DNA of 64,000 nt from Gemmatimonas sp. (lineage in GTDB: Bacteria; Gemmatimonadota; Gemmatimonadetes; Gemmatimonadales; Gemmatimonadaceae). Positions 49,418 to 58,775 of this stretch are shown here, piece by piece (position 1 is the stretch's first letter; each line of letters starts with the position of its first letter). The position numbers and the translations under genes were made by a program. Under the pieces are notes generated by a model, which was not told where the DNA came from, made no database searches, and saw only the letters and a list, made by a program, of their open reading frames with translations. The stretch spans positions 928,001 through 992,000 of the forward strand of contig OZ257156.1 in NCBI GenBank assembly GCA_965279375.1, in the 5' to 3' direction.

Positions 49418-49840
49418 ATGTCCGACGCACTACCACCGTTCGACGCCTCCGCCCCAACCGCTCGTGATGCGGACTTCGATGCACGTGTGCGCACGATGCT
49501 GCGCGCAGAGTTCAACGTGGACGACAACGTGCCATTCCCGCCGGCATTTGCTGAGCGAGTCGTTCGTCAACATCATGCGCGACGGCAGGAGCTTGCTCGT
49601 GTCTCACGAGCGCTTGGCGCGGTCGGCGTCGGTGTCTGCGCTCTGGCCGCCGGCGCAGGCATCGCCGTGCTGACGACGTCGTTCACCATCGCCTCGCTCG
49701 CAGCGACGGCACGTACGTTGGCGCTCCTGCTCCCCAACTCGCATGCCCCAGCGGCTGCCGTAGTCACGCTTGTCGCACTGTGGTGGTCCGGCCGCGAACA
49801 GACGCAACCTCGAGCGCACGCGTCGTATCCGCTTGCATGA
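49418..49840 (+). CDS. Putative membrane anti-sigma factor
   Basis: 6 bp after the sigma; soluble N-terminus with PPAFAERVV, then two TM helices. Confidence 0.6.
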   Translation: MSDALPPFDASAPTARDADFDARVRTMLRAEFNVDDNVPFPPAFAERVVRQHHARRQELARVSRALGAVGVGVCALAAGAGIAVLTTSFTIASLAATARTLALLLPNSHAPAAAVVTLVALWWSGREQTQPRAHASYPLA

Positions 49841-49880
49841 CACGACGAATGGACGTTGTGCATCGCCAGAGGGTTCGGAC

Positions 49881-50975
49881 ATGTTCCGCTATATCACCGC
49901 CTGCTGCCTGATGTGGGCAACGCAGCCGCGAGTTCCAGTGGAGTCTCTCTCGCCGCAACGCCCGCGAGATGCAGCGCGACAGGCAGACAGTGTGCTCCGT
50001 GCGTACGAGTTCAGCGGGGTCGCGTTCGTATCGAGGCACGGTGCGTCACTGTTCCAGCGCGCATACGGCAAGGCCAGTCTGGAGTTCGACGTGGACATTC
50101 GGCTCGATACTCGATTCCGCATCGGCTCGATCACCAAGCTGTTCACTGCGGTCGCCGTCGCGCGCCTCGTGGAATCAGGGAGACTGGACTACGACGCCAC
50201 CATTCATCGGTACCTCCCCGAGTATGTAGGAGCGGCCGGACCGTCGGTCACGCTTCAGCAGCTGCTCACGCACACGTCGGGGCTCGCCAACAGCGATTCC
50301 GTTGGAAGCTTTGAGCAGGCCATTGCCGCTGGATTGCCGGTGTACCAGCTGCCGGCGACGTCGGCACAAATCGTCCAGCGCCACGCCAGCGGAGCACTCG
50401 TCCACACGCCGGGCACGCACTTCGACTACAACAACGCCGACTACTTCATCCTCGGCAGGATTGTCGAGCGCGTGACTGGCGAACCGTTCGACGTGGCACT
50501 CAAGCGCCTCGTACTCGATCCTGCTGAGCTGAGAAGCACCGGACTGATGAACTGGCGCGCGGTCTCGCCGGTGGTGGCGACAGCCTACCTTCGTGTCGAG
50601 CCGGGCGCGCCATATATCCACGAACTTCCCGCGTACTTCGAGAACTGGGGTGCGGCTGGTGGCATGTACTCCACAGGCGCCGACCTCACGCGCTTCGGCA
50701 GCGCGCTGTTCGACGGGACGCTGCTGCGACCCACCAGTCTTCAGCGCCTCCTGACCGCCTCGCTCGATGAATACGCCCACGGTCTCTGGGTCGCTCCCAT
50801 CACGGTTCGCGGTGCATCCGATCGCGTTGCGCATCGTCCGGGACAGGTGATGGGCGCAAACACCGAGCTGGTGCGCTACCTCGACGACGGACTCACCGTC
50901 ATCCTGCTCTCCAATACGAACGCGACGCCCATGGACAAGGTGGCGTTCGAAATTGCGCGTCTGTTCGAGCGATGA
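49881..50975 (+). CDS. Serine hydrolase, beta-lactamase family
   Basis: GSITK (SxxK), LLTHTSG, YNN, AAGGMYST, ILLSN. Confidence 0.9.
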   Translation: MFRYITACCLMWATQPRVPVESLSPQRPRDAARQADSVLRAYEFSGVAFVSRHGASLFQRAYGKASLEFDVDIRLDTRFRIGSITKLFTAVAVARLVESGRLDYDATIHRYLPEYVGAAGPSVTLQQLLTHTSGLANSDSVGSFEQAIAAGLPVYQLPATSAQIVQRHASGALVHTPGTHFDYNNADYFILGRIVERVTGEPFDVALKRLVLDPAELRSTGLMNWRAVSPVVATAYLRVEPGAPYIHELPAYFENWGAAGGMYSTGADLTRFGSALFDGTLLRPTSLQRLLTASLDEYAHGLWVAPITVRGASDRVAHRPGQVMGANTELVRYLDDGLTVILLSNTNATPMDKVAFEIARLFER

Positions 50976-50987
50976 TGCGAGAACGCC

Positions 50988-51341
50988 TTAGCGACTCCAG
51001 AGCAGCAGCGCGCCACAGCGGCCTGCATCCTTGAACTCAACCGGTGCCGCCGCGTAGAGCTCTATCGCGCCGAGATCATCGGTGAAGATCTTGTCGAGAT
51101 CTGGTGGCGTCGCACTCTCGAACGGATAGTCGCGGAGCCCGTCGCGAACGACGGCGGCATGACGCGGCGCCGACGGCATCGATCCTGTGATCGATTGTCA
51201 TCTGCGCGTTGCGAATCGCGACCGTGTCCCCTGCTTTGCGGAAGCGCAGCACGACGGTGCGCGTGTCCTGCGCGTTAGTTGTGCGCGCCAGCAGCATCGT
51301 GGCCGCGGCCGATACAAGGTACAGAGCGTGGAGAGTCTCAT
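50988..51341 (-). pseudogene. Frameshifted, internally deleted remnant of a secreted TonB-plug-like protein gene
   Basis: Pieces in different frames: MRLSTL / YLVSAAATMLLARTTNAQDTRTVVLRF..IRNAQMTI / DLDKIFTDDLGAIELY..PVEF..CGALLLWSR. Confidence 0.45.
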
Positions 51342-51445
51342 ACGAACAAGGCGGATTCGCTCCGCGGAGTCTCGGACTGTAAGATCGTGATGCGAAGTGA
51401 CATTTGACTTCAGGAGTTTCCAACTCACAGCAAGGAGCCTCAAGC

Positions 51446-51997
51446 GTGAACGATACGTCGGTAAACTTGCAACCCACCCTGCGCGGATCGCTGCTGGAGC
51501 TGCGGCCGGTAGTCGCGGAGGATTTCGACGCGCTGTTTGCTGTCGCATCGGACCGGGAGATTTGGGCGCAGCATCCGGAGCCGGATCGGTACACCGAGGA
51601 GGTCTTCCGTCGCTTCTTTGCCGGTGCACTCGCGTCCGGTGGCGCACTGGTCGCGATCGACCGGGCAACAGGGCAGATCGTGGGGTCGTCGCGCTATGCC
51701 GAGTACGATGCGACGAGTCGCGAGCTGGAGATCGGGTGGTCGTTTCTGGCGCGATCGCACTGGGGTGGTCAGTTCAACGGCGAGATGAAGTCGCTGATGC
51801 TGCGCCATGCGTTTCAGTTCGTGGATCGGGTGCGTTTTGTGATCGGGCCGCAGAATGTGCGGTCGCGTCGCGCGATCGAGCGGGTGGGTGGCGTATTGCG
51901 CGGGATGGAGATGGTGCGGGGGCAGGAGAACGCCGTGTACGTCATCGAGAGGACGCATCCGAGTTTCGCTGGTTCACCCGCGGAGGGTAGTGCATGA
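51446..51997 (+). CDS. GNAT N-acetyltransferase (RimJ/RimL-like)
   Basis: LELRP, ASDREIWAQHP, IVGSSRY, EIGWSFLAR, NVRSRRAIERVG; AAGGAG RBS. Confidence 0.9.
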   Translation: MNDTSVNLQPTLRGSLLELRPVVAEDFDALFAVASDREIWAQHPEPDRYTEEVFRRFFAGALASGGALVAIDRATGQIVGSSRYAEYDATSRELEIGWSFLARSHWGGQFNGEMKSLMLRHAFQFVDRVRFVIGPQNVRSRRAIERVGGVLRGMEMVRGQENAVYVIERTHPSFAGSPAEGSA

Positions 51998-53961
51998 CGT
52001 ATCGCATCGTTCGATGGTGTTCGCCGGCGTTGTCGGCGCTGTTGCTGGGCGCGACGTCGTCGGTGTCCGCGCAGGGGCAGCCGGCCGCAAAGAAGCCCGC
52101 GGGCTTCGAGGTGATGGAAGCGACGATTCCCGAGCTGCAGGCGGCGATGGCCAACGGGCAAACGTCGGCGGTGTCGATCGTGCAAGCGTATCTGGCGCGC
52201 ATTGCGGCGTATGATCACGCGGGTCCGATGATCAACAGCATCATTCGCATCAATGCGCGCGCGCTCAAGGAAGCGGCGGCGCTGGACGCTGAGCGAAAGG
52301 CGGGGAAAGTGCGCGGTCCATTGCACGGCATTCCTATCGTGCTCAAGGACAACTACGACACCGGCGACATGCCCACGTCGGCCGGCTCGCTGGCGTTGGC
52401 CAACAGTCAGCCAGCGCGCGATGCGTTCGTGGTGAAGCAGTTGCGGGATGCGGGGGCGATCGTGCTGGCCAAGGCCAACATGCACGAACTGGCGGCGGGG
52501 ATCACGAGCATCTCGTCGTTTGGTGGACAGACGCGCAATCCGTACGATCCAACGCGCTGTCCGGGTGGATCGAGCGGTGGTACCGGTGCGGCGATCGCGG
52601 CGAGCTTTGCGGCGGTGGGGTGGGGGTCGGATACGTGCGGCTCCATTCGTATTCCGAGCGCGTTCAACTCGCTGGTTGGTTTGCGACCAACGCAGGGGAT
52701 GGTGAGCCGGCGTGGGATCGTGCCGTTGTCGCACACGCAGGACGTTGGCGGTCCCATGGCGCGCAGCGTGACCGATCTCGCGATCGCACTCGATGTGACC
52801 GTAGGCTTCGACAGTGAAGATGCGGTCACCGCGTCGATGCGCGATCGTGAGCGCCCGCGCTTTCAGACGTCGCTCAATCGGGATGCGCTCAAGGGCGCGC
52901 GCATCGGCGTGTTCCTTCCGTTCTTCCGCGATACGGACAGCGAGATTGCTGATACCGTACGTGCCGCGATCGCGGCGATGAAGGCGCAGGGAGCGACGGT
53001 GATCGATGTGCCGCTGGCCGACTACGACTCGCTGATCGCGGGCTCGAGCGCGAACGAATTCAAGTTCGACTTCATCGACTACATGAAGACCGTACCGAAT
53101 GCGCCGGTGACATCCATTCGCGACATCCTCGATCGCGGGTTGTACGACCGGCAGCAAGAGAGCCGCTATCGGTTCACGGATACCGTGTCGGTGCCTGATG
53201 GTCCGGATCATCAGAAGACGATGGCCAAGCAGGTGGTGTTGCGTGCGCGATTGGAGCGGTTGTTCGACAGCCTGTCGATCGATGCGCTGGCGTATCCGAC
53301 GATTCGACAGAAGCCCGTACTGGTGGGTGAAGTGCAACCGGGGAGTACGTGTGCAGCGGCCGCGCAATCCGGGCTGCCGGCCATCAGCATGCAGGCGGGT
53401 TTGGGTGTGGACGGGTTGCCGATCGGTATCGAGTTGATGGGCAAGCGATTCAGCGATGTGAAGCTGGTGTCGATCGCGTACGCGTTCGAGCAGGCGGGAG
53501 TGCGGCGGCGTGTGCCGACGACGACGCCGGCGTTGGTGCGTGGTGCTGTGCCGCGTGCGATTGCCGTGCAAGTCACGACGCAGAGTGCGGGCGTTGGCGT
53601 GTTGACCAGTGTCACCATCGATCCGGTGCTGAGTCAGCTCCGCTGGAGTGCGACGGTGAATCGCGGCGCGGCGAACGTGACCGCGCTCGTGCTGCGGCGG
53701 CGCGGTGCGGCGACGTTCACGGGCACGCCGATCGGTGCCACGCCGGCGGCGCGCATCAGTGCACCTGATAGCGCGGTGCGTGTGGTGTCCCGATTGTTGG
53801 GGCCGGGGATGACCGTCGCGAGCGGGACGTTGCCGTTGAGCTACGCAGATCGGGTGGCGTTCGAGAGCGGGCGGTTGTCGGTGGCGTTGTATACGTCGGA
53901 GTCGAGCACGCCGGTGGAGCGCGTGGTGCGCGCTTCCGCAAACAGACCAGGAACACGATGA
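51994..53961 (+). CDS. Secreted amidase-signature family protein with C-terminal extra domain
   Basis: GPLHGIPIVLKDN, PGGSSGGTG, GSDTCGSIRIPS; signal peptide. Confidence 0.92.
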   Translation: MTYRIVRWCSPALSALLLGATSSVSAQGQPAAKKPAGFEVMEATIPELQAAMANGQTSAVSIVQAYLARIAAYDHAGPMINSIIRINARALKEAAALDAERKAGKVRGPLHGIPIVLKDNYDTGDMPTSAGSLALANSQPARDAFVVKQLRDAGAIVLAKANMHELAAGITSISSFGGQTRNPYDPTRCPGGSSGGTGAAIAASFAAVGWGSDTCGSIRIPSAFNSLVGLRPTQGMVSRRGIVPLSHTQDVGGPMARSVTDLAIALDVTVGFDSEDAVTASMRDRERPRFQTSLNRDALKGARIGVFLPFFRDTDSEIADTVRAAIAAMKAQGATVIDVPLADYDSLIAGSSANEFKFDFIDYMKTVPNAPVTSIRDILDRGLYDRQQESRYRFTDTVSVPDGPDHQKTMAKQVVLRARLERLFDSLSIDALAYPTIRQKPVLVGEVQPGSTCAAAAQSGLPAISMQAGLGVDGLPIGIELMGKRFSDVKLVSIAYAFEQAGVRRRVPTTTPALVRGAVPRAIAVQVTTQSAGVGVLTSVTIDPVLSQLRWSATVNRGAANVTALVLRRRGAATFTGTPIGATPAARISAPDSAVRVVSRLLGPGMTVASGTLPLSYADRVAFESGRLSVALYTSESSTPVERVVRASANRPGTR

Positions 53962-54671
53962 GCGTTCTGATGCGGCGGTTCGCACACGCTTTTGCGCCGG
54001 CGCTGGTGATGTGCGTTCTCGTTGCCTGCGGTGGCAGCGATTCTCCCACGGGTGTCTCGAACGGAACGACGCCCGGCACCGGCGGCGGTGGCGGCGGCGG
54101 CGGTGGCGCGACATCGGTCAGCTACACTGGCGTGTTCGACACGGGGCTCAAGGGTGGCGTGATCACGCTCGTGAATACGGCGGCGGCCACGGGCACGCTC
54201 AAGGTGGCCGGTGAGGCGGAGGTTGCGCTCGCCGGGACCTTCAATGCGAGCACGTCCACGTTCAACATGAGCGGCGGCATCTACACGGTGGTGGCGGCAG
54301 TGGACGCGCCGGTGCTGGTGGGCGTGGTGACGGTGCGCGGACAGCTCGGCACCGGGACATTGGCCGCACTGCCAGTGAACCCGGCGGTGCCGACGACGTA
54401 TTGGTGCGGCACAACGAGCGGCACGAGTGTGGGCGGCCTCGATCTCGCGCTACAGGGCGGCACGGTGGTTGGCGTGTTTCAGGGCGCCTCGAGCGGCCTG
54501 CCGGTACGCGGGACAGCGACTGCGACGGACGTGAACTTCTCGTGGGTGCCGGGCACCAATCAGTCGGGCAGCGGCGTGGGGAAGATTGCCGGAACCACGA
54601 TGACCGGGACGTGGAACAACTCGTTCGGCTCGAACGGCACGTGGACAGTGTCGTCGAGTGGGTGCCAGTAG
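53958..54671 (+). CDS. Hypothetical Gly/Thr-rich lipoprotein
   Basis: Lipobox LVA-C, poly-Gly linker, beta-rich; ATGA overlap with the amidase. Confidence 0.75.
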   Translation: MSVLMRRFAHAFAPALVMCVLVACGGSDSPTGVSNGTTPGTGGGGGGGGGATSVSYTGVFDTGLKGGVITLVNTAAATGTLKVAGEAEVALAGTFNASTSTFNMSGGIYTVVAAVDAPVLVGVVTVRGQLGTGTLAALPVNPAVPTTYWCGTTSGTSVGGLDLALQGGTVVGVFQGASSGLPVRGTATATDVNFSWVPGTNQSGSGVGKIAGTTMTGTWNNSFGSNGTWTVSSSGCQ

Positions 54672-54700
54672 ACGCCCCGTGCGACGTTCTGTCGACAGGC

Positions 54701-55414
54701 CTAGCGTGTCACACGAAAGCTCTTGAAGGACGTGACGGCGTCGCGCTTCACCCACACACCGACTCGCCCCGACGGATTGCTGTCGAGGGTGTGACTGAGC
54801 GTCACGGACGGCGCGCCGGAAATCGCGGCGTCGATGCGTCGGCCTTGCACGGTGAGCACCAACTCGTGCCACTGACCAAGCGGCAACTTGGCTGTCCCGG
54901 CGCCGTGTGCAATGACCGTCCGTTCTGCGTTGGCATATCGCCACAGCGCGAGATCGCCGTCTTTCGTGTTGTAGCGGGCGTAGAGGTACTCGCCACTGGG
55001 GGCGAGTGCGAAGACGATGCCGGCGTTCTGATCACTCGCGCCGCCCACCAGCTTGAACTGCACGCGAATCACGCCGTCCGAGACGCTTGTAGGTGTGGGG
55101 GCGATCGCCAGCGGAAATGCGGTGGCCGCTGTCCAGTTTCGGAGCAGCGATTGGCTCGCGGGCACACCAAAGAAGCGCGCACTCGCCGCGGCGACCGTGG
55201 TCGAGTCGGTCTGCCCGCTCCACGCGGTGCCGTCCACGGTGAAGACCGGCCCCGCGTCGTTGGCTGTCGCCCAGGCGCCGACAACGCCCACCAGCTCCGC
55301 GCCCGGCGCCGACGCGCTCGCAGCGCGCGTCCGTGAGCACGCCGACACGCCGAGAAGGAGCACAGCGGTGAGGTAACGACGTCGCCGCGCCGACTGCCGC
55401 GTGCTGGGAGACAT
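54701..55414 (-). CDS. Hypothetical lipoprotein, concanavalin/DUF1080-like beta sandwich
   Basis: Lipobox VSA-C; DQNAGIVF, YLYARYN, WHELVLTV, GRVGVW. Confidence 0.7.
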   Translation of the reverse strand: MSPSTRQSARRRRYLTAVLLLGVSACSRTRAASASAPGAELVGVVGAWATANDAGPVFTVDGTAWSGQTDSTTVAAASARFFGVPASQSLLRNWTAATAFPLAIAPTPTSVSDGVIRVQFKLVGGASDQNAGIVFALAPSGEYLYARYNTKDGDLALWRYANAERTVIAHGAGTAKLPLGQWHELVLTVQGRRIDAAISGAPSVTLSHTLDSNPSGRVGVWVKRDAVTSFKSFRVTR

Positions 55415-55502
55415 GGCGGTACTCCTCGTGTGCCGAGTGAGGCGAGCGCGATTAGGGGTTCAGCGGAGGGTGAAAGTAGCCCATGGTGCGGCGGGCGCGC
55501 AG

Positions 55503-55531
55503 TTGACAGTATTATGTCTTGATGTCAGTTT
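55503..55531 (+). promoter_or_regulatory. Sigma70-like promoter with overlapping inverted repeats (putative TetR operator)
   Basis: TTGACA-N17-CAGTTT-N6-ATG; GACA-N6-TGTC and TGACA..TGTCA symmetry. Confidence 0.55.
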
Positions 55532-55537
55532 ACTGCC

Positions 55538-56143
55538 ATGCAAAACACTCGGCCGGTCACTGAACGGGAGCGGCTCCGCGCCGAAACGGCTCGGCGGCTC
55601 GTGGAACACGCGTTCGCGCTGTTGCGCGATCACCCGGAGGCGCCGTTCTCGCACGAGGCGGTGGCCGCGAGCGCGGGGATGGCGGCTCGGACGGTGTATC
55701 GGCATTTCCCGACACAACAGGATCTTGTAGCGTCGGTATGGCGTCATCTACGGGACACAACCGGGACACAGTGGCCGCGCACGGAGGCTGACGTGCTCCC
55801 GTTCCTGCGCGAGCTCTACGCGCAGTTCGAGCGCAACTCCGCGCTCACCCGCGCGATGGTGGCGGCCCAGCCGAGGGCGGACGTTTCCGTGCCTGGTTCG
55901 GCGGAAGGCCGAGCGGCCTTCCGCGAAGCGCTGGCTTCGCGCTGTGCCGCGATGACCACCGATCGGGTCGAGCAGCTCGTGGCCGCCTGCGTTGCCATCT
56001 ACAGCGCGCCTTTCTGGAAGATGCTCCGTGACCGGGGGCAGCTCTCGCCCGACGCCGCCAGCGCCGCGGCCTGCACCACGATGCAGGCGCTGATCGAGTC
56101 CACCGGCACGCCGATCGCCGTCGCATTGCCCGCCGACCAGTAG
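55538..56143 (+). CDS. TetR/AcrR family regulator
   Basis: FSHEAVAASAGMAARTVYRHFPTQQDL HTH. Confidence 0.9.
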   Translation: MQNTRPVTERERLRAETARRLVEHAFALLRDHPEAPFSHEAVAASAGMAARTVYRHFPTQQDLVASVWRHLRDTTGTQWPRTEADVLPFLRELYAQFERNSALTRAMVAAQPRADVSVPGSAEGRAAFREALASRCAAMTTDRVEQLVAACVAIYSAPFWKMLRDRGQLSPDAASAAACTTMQALIESTGTPIAVALPADQ

Positions 56144-56207
56144 CGCAGCCGCGCGCCGCACCGGTCATCGCACCGAATCACCCTCCCTCCTCTCGAGTCC
56201 TCCACCG

Positions 56208-56693
56208 ATGCCCAGCCAACCCGTCGTACTCGCCGCCGCTGAAGGGCGCACGCCAGCGCCGCTCAACGTCGTGGGTGAGACCACCCTCGTGAAGTTCGGC
56301 CCCGAGGACTGCAATGGCAGCATGGCCGCCTTTCACCTCGTCGCGCCGCCGATGAGCGGACCGCCGCTGCACGTGCACTCGCGCGAGGACGAGTTCTTCT
56401 ACGTGCTCGACGGGGAGCTGGTCTTCGAGACGGACGGCGTCCGGCAGACGGTGGGCGCTGGGGGATCGGTGGGACTGATGCGCGGTGTGCCGCATCGCTA
56501 CCAGAACTTCACCGATCGCGACGCGACGCTGCTGATCGTGACCACACCTGGGGCCTTCTGCGACTTTTTCAAGGATATCTCGGCGATGACACCCGTCGGC
56601 GGCCTGCCGACGATGGAGCAGCTCCTGTCGCTCGACGCCACCTACGGACTGACGACACTCGGACCGCCGATGATGCCGGAACAGGCGTCGTGA
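56208..56693 (+). CDS. Cupin domain protein (quercetin dioxygenase-like)
   Basis: GPPLHVHSREDEFFYVLDG and RGVPHRYQN metal-binding motifs. Confidence 0.88.
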   Translation: MPSQPVVLAAAEGRTPAPLNVVGETTLVKFGPEDCNGSMAAFHLVAPPMSGPPLHVHSREDEFFYVLDGELVFETDGVRQTVGAGGSVGLMRGVPHRYQNFTDRDATLLIVTTPGAFCDFFKDISAMTPVGGLPTMEQLLSLDATYGLTTLGPPMMPEQAS

Positions 56694-57427
56694 CGAGCGG
56701 CGCGCTCTCCATCACGGCGCGGGGGCGAGCGCCGTCGCCAGCGCTGCCGTTCGGCGCACCGTGGTGGCTTGGCGCGATCGTGCTCCTGACCATCATCGGC
56801 TTTCAGCGCGCCGCCACGCGCACGACGAATCCGATGGACTGGCAGCATGCATCGCACGGCATTCTGGCGTTAGGGTGGTCCGTCATCCTCGTTGCGCAGG
56901 CGTGGCTGGCCGAACAGCGCCAGCGTGAGGCGCACCGTCTGATGGCCGTGGTGGGCGTTTTGTTTGCGATCGGCCTGGTGGCGACGTCCTTGCCGATGCT
57001 CGCGTCGCTTGCGAGTGCGGCAACGGCAAACGCGGGATTCCGGCCAATGGGGCTGCGTCTACTGGCGATGGACATCATGCTTCTCGCGCTCTTTGTTGTA
57101 CTGTTCGCGTTGGCAATCGCATTTGTGCGCCGCCCCGCGATCCATGCTCGCGCACTCGCCGCAACAGGTCTGTTGGCGTTGCCGGCCGGGCTGGGCCGTG
57201 TCTACATGCGCGTTTTCTCGGTGGACCCGATGCAGGGGTCGTATCTCGCGCTGGGGACCGCAGCCGCCGTGCTGGTTGCTCTGCTACTCGTCGATCGACG
57301 CGCCGGCACGCGAGACCTCGTGCATCCGCTGGTGCTGGCGGCGCTGTTGCTGGTCGGTGTGTTGACGGGGGTGACGGCCGACGCGCCGTGGTTTGGCGAG
57401 CTGGCGGGGCGCATCGCGGCGGTGTAG
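56690..57427 (+). CDS. Hypothetical multi-TM membrane protein
   Basis: About 6-7 TM with conserved-looking His (HASHG, AHR, IHAR); GTGA overlap with the cupin gene. Confidence 0.75.
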   Translation: MTSGALSITARGRAPSPALPFGAPWWLGAIVLLTIIGFQRAATRTTNPMDWQHASHGILALGWSVILVAQAWLAEQRQREAHRLMAVVGVLFAIGLVATSLPMLASLASAATANAGFRPMGLRLLAMDIMLLALFVVLFALAIAFVRRPAIHARALAATGLLALPAGLGRVYMRVFSVDPMQGSYLALGTAAAVLVALLLVDRRAGTRDLVHPLVLAALLLVGVLTGVTADAPWFGELAGRIAAV

Positions 57428-57504
57428 TCGGCACGCGCGCCTTCAATCGATCGCGACCGCACTCGATTGCTCCGGGTCGGCGTGGACGGTGATATTCCGT
57501 CCCC

Positions 57505-57933
57505 ATGTCGATCCGACCTCGAGACTGGCGCATTGCCTACACGCTGTTGCTGCCGACGCTGATCGCACTGCTGATGGTGCGGGACGCGACTCGCGACCCG
57601 TCAGCGTCCGTTGCGACGACAACTGCGGTCACCGCGGATGCGACGGCCACGCTCGGCCGGAACGGGCCGACCGAATTGCGGGATGCTCTGATCGCCTTGG
57701 CGGTGGAGACGCTGCTGGTGTGCGTGATCCTGCGCCCGTGGTCCTACCAACGGCGCTCGCGGCGATCGATCGTCGCGGTTGCGCTCGCGCTGCCGTGGAC
57801 GGTCGTTCAGGCGCAAGGCATCCGGAGCGCCGGCGGGGTGGTGCAACTCCACCTGTTCTGGCTGGTCGTGCTCGACGCGTTGTTGCTGCTGTTGGTGCTG
57901 CTTCGCTTCGCTCGGCGCGGCGACGAGGAGTGA
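57505..57933 (+). CDS. Hypothetical membrane protein
   Basis: 4 hydrophobic segments; ILRPWSY motif. Confidence 0.65.
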   Translation: MSIRPRDWRIAYTLLLPTLIALLMVRDATRDPSASVATTTAVTADATATLGRNGPTELRDALIALAVETLLVCVILRPWSYQRRSRRSIVAVALALPWTVVQAQGIRSAGGVVQLHLFWLVVLDALLLLLVLLRFARRGDEE

Positions 57934-58036
57934 GTCGTGTCCGTCGGCGTGCGGCTTCGCTGGTGACGATGGCTGCAAACAGCGCGGGGCTCGGCGTGTG
58001 CCGAGCCCCGCGGTGAGAACTACGCGGCGTCGCGTA

Positions 58037-58483
58037 TCAGCTGCACTTTGAGGCAGCGACCGACTTGATCTCCGAGGCGATGTACTGGCTGCCGCTTTCG
58101 TAGAACGTCACTGAGACGCAGGCGCCCGCGACGAGCGGACCGTTCAAAGCCTTGAGGTGCGTGAAGTAGTTGCCTTCGAAGTTGTAGCCACCGACGGTCC
58201 ACTGCGACGGCGTGCCGTAGTAGACGCCCGTCGGAACCTTGCCGATGGAATCAATGCGGGCGGTATACGACGGAGCGACCGGCGGGCTGCCCGCCGGAGC
58301 GGACGGAGTGCTGTTGCCGCCGCCCGTGGATCCGCCGCCAGCGGAGCCGCCACCACCGCTCGGCGCCGTGCCGGACTTGGCAAAGGAGGCGCCGCCCAGA
58401 TCGGGGGCGGTCGAGGAGGTGTCTGCGCACGCCGCGAGGAACGCGGCAGCGGCGACGGCGCCAAAGAGCGAGCGAACTGACAT
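58037..58483 (-). CDS. Hypothetical lipoprotein (DUF5666-like OB domain possible)
   Basis: GGAG RBS, lipobox LAA-C, Gly linker, WTVGG..GACVSV..ASEI. Confidence 0.7.
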   Translation of the reverse strand: MSVRSLFGAVAAAAFLAACADTSSTAPDLGGASFAKSGTAPSGGGGSAGGGSTGGGNSTPSAPAGSPPVAPSYTARIDSIGKVPTGVYYGTPSQWTVGGYNFEGNYFTHLKALNGPLVAGACVSVTFYESGSQYIASEIKSVAASKCS

Positions 58484-58775
58484 GAGTGACACTCCGAACA
58501 GAGGATGGTGGCGGAGTGTGCGCTGCGATCGTCGCAGGCCGCTCGCCTTGCCATTCCCTATCGCATGTCACACGCCACGGATGCGCGTTCGGACCAAACA
58601 ACGCAAGTCGTTAATTCGCATTGTGTTGCGCGACGATGCCGAGATTCGCTTTCCTCGCTGATCCTGTACGTTTTGCGAGGTGCTGTATCATCCCGTTACA
58701 GCGGACGCTCGCGCGTCGTGTGCGTCGTCACGCGCGTGCTGCCCTTGGATCAGGTGCGCGGATGGTGGTGTCGGC

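Noticed and set aside
46895..50975. Calling the serine hydrolases true beta-lactam resistance genes
   Set aside because: SxxK/YxN motifs are shared by many peptidases and esterases; activity cannot be read from sequence
54081..54107. GGC tandem repeat
   Set aside because: Encodes the poly-Gly linker of a lipoprotein; not an independent repeat element
51814..54114. 766-aa - strand ORF
   Set aside because: Antisense shadow of the amidase gene
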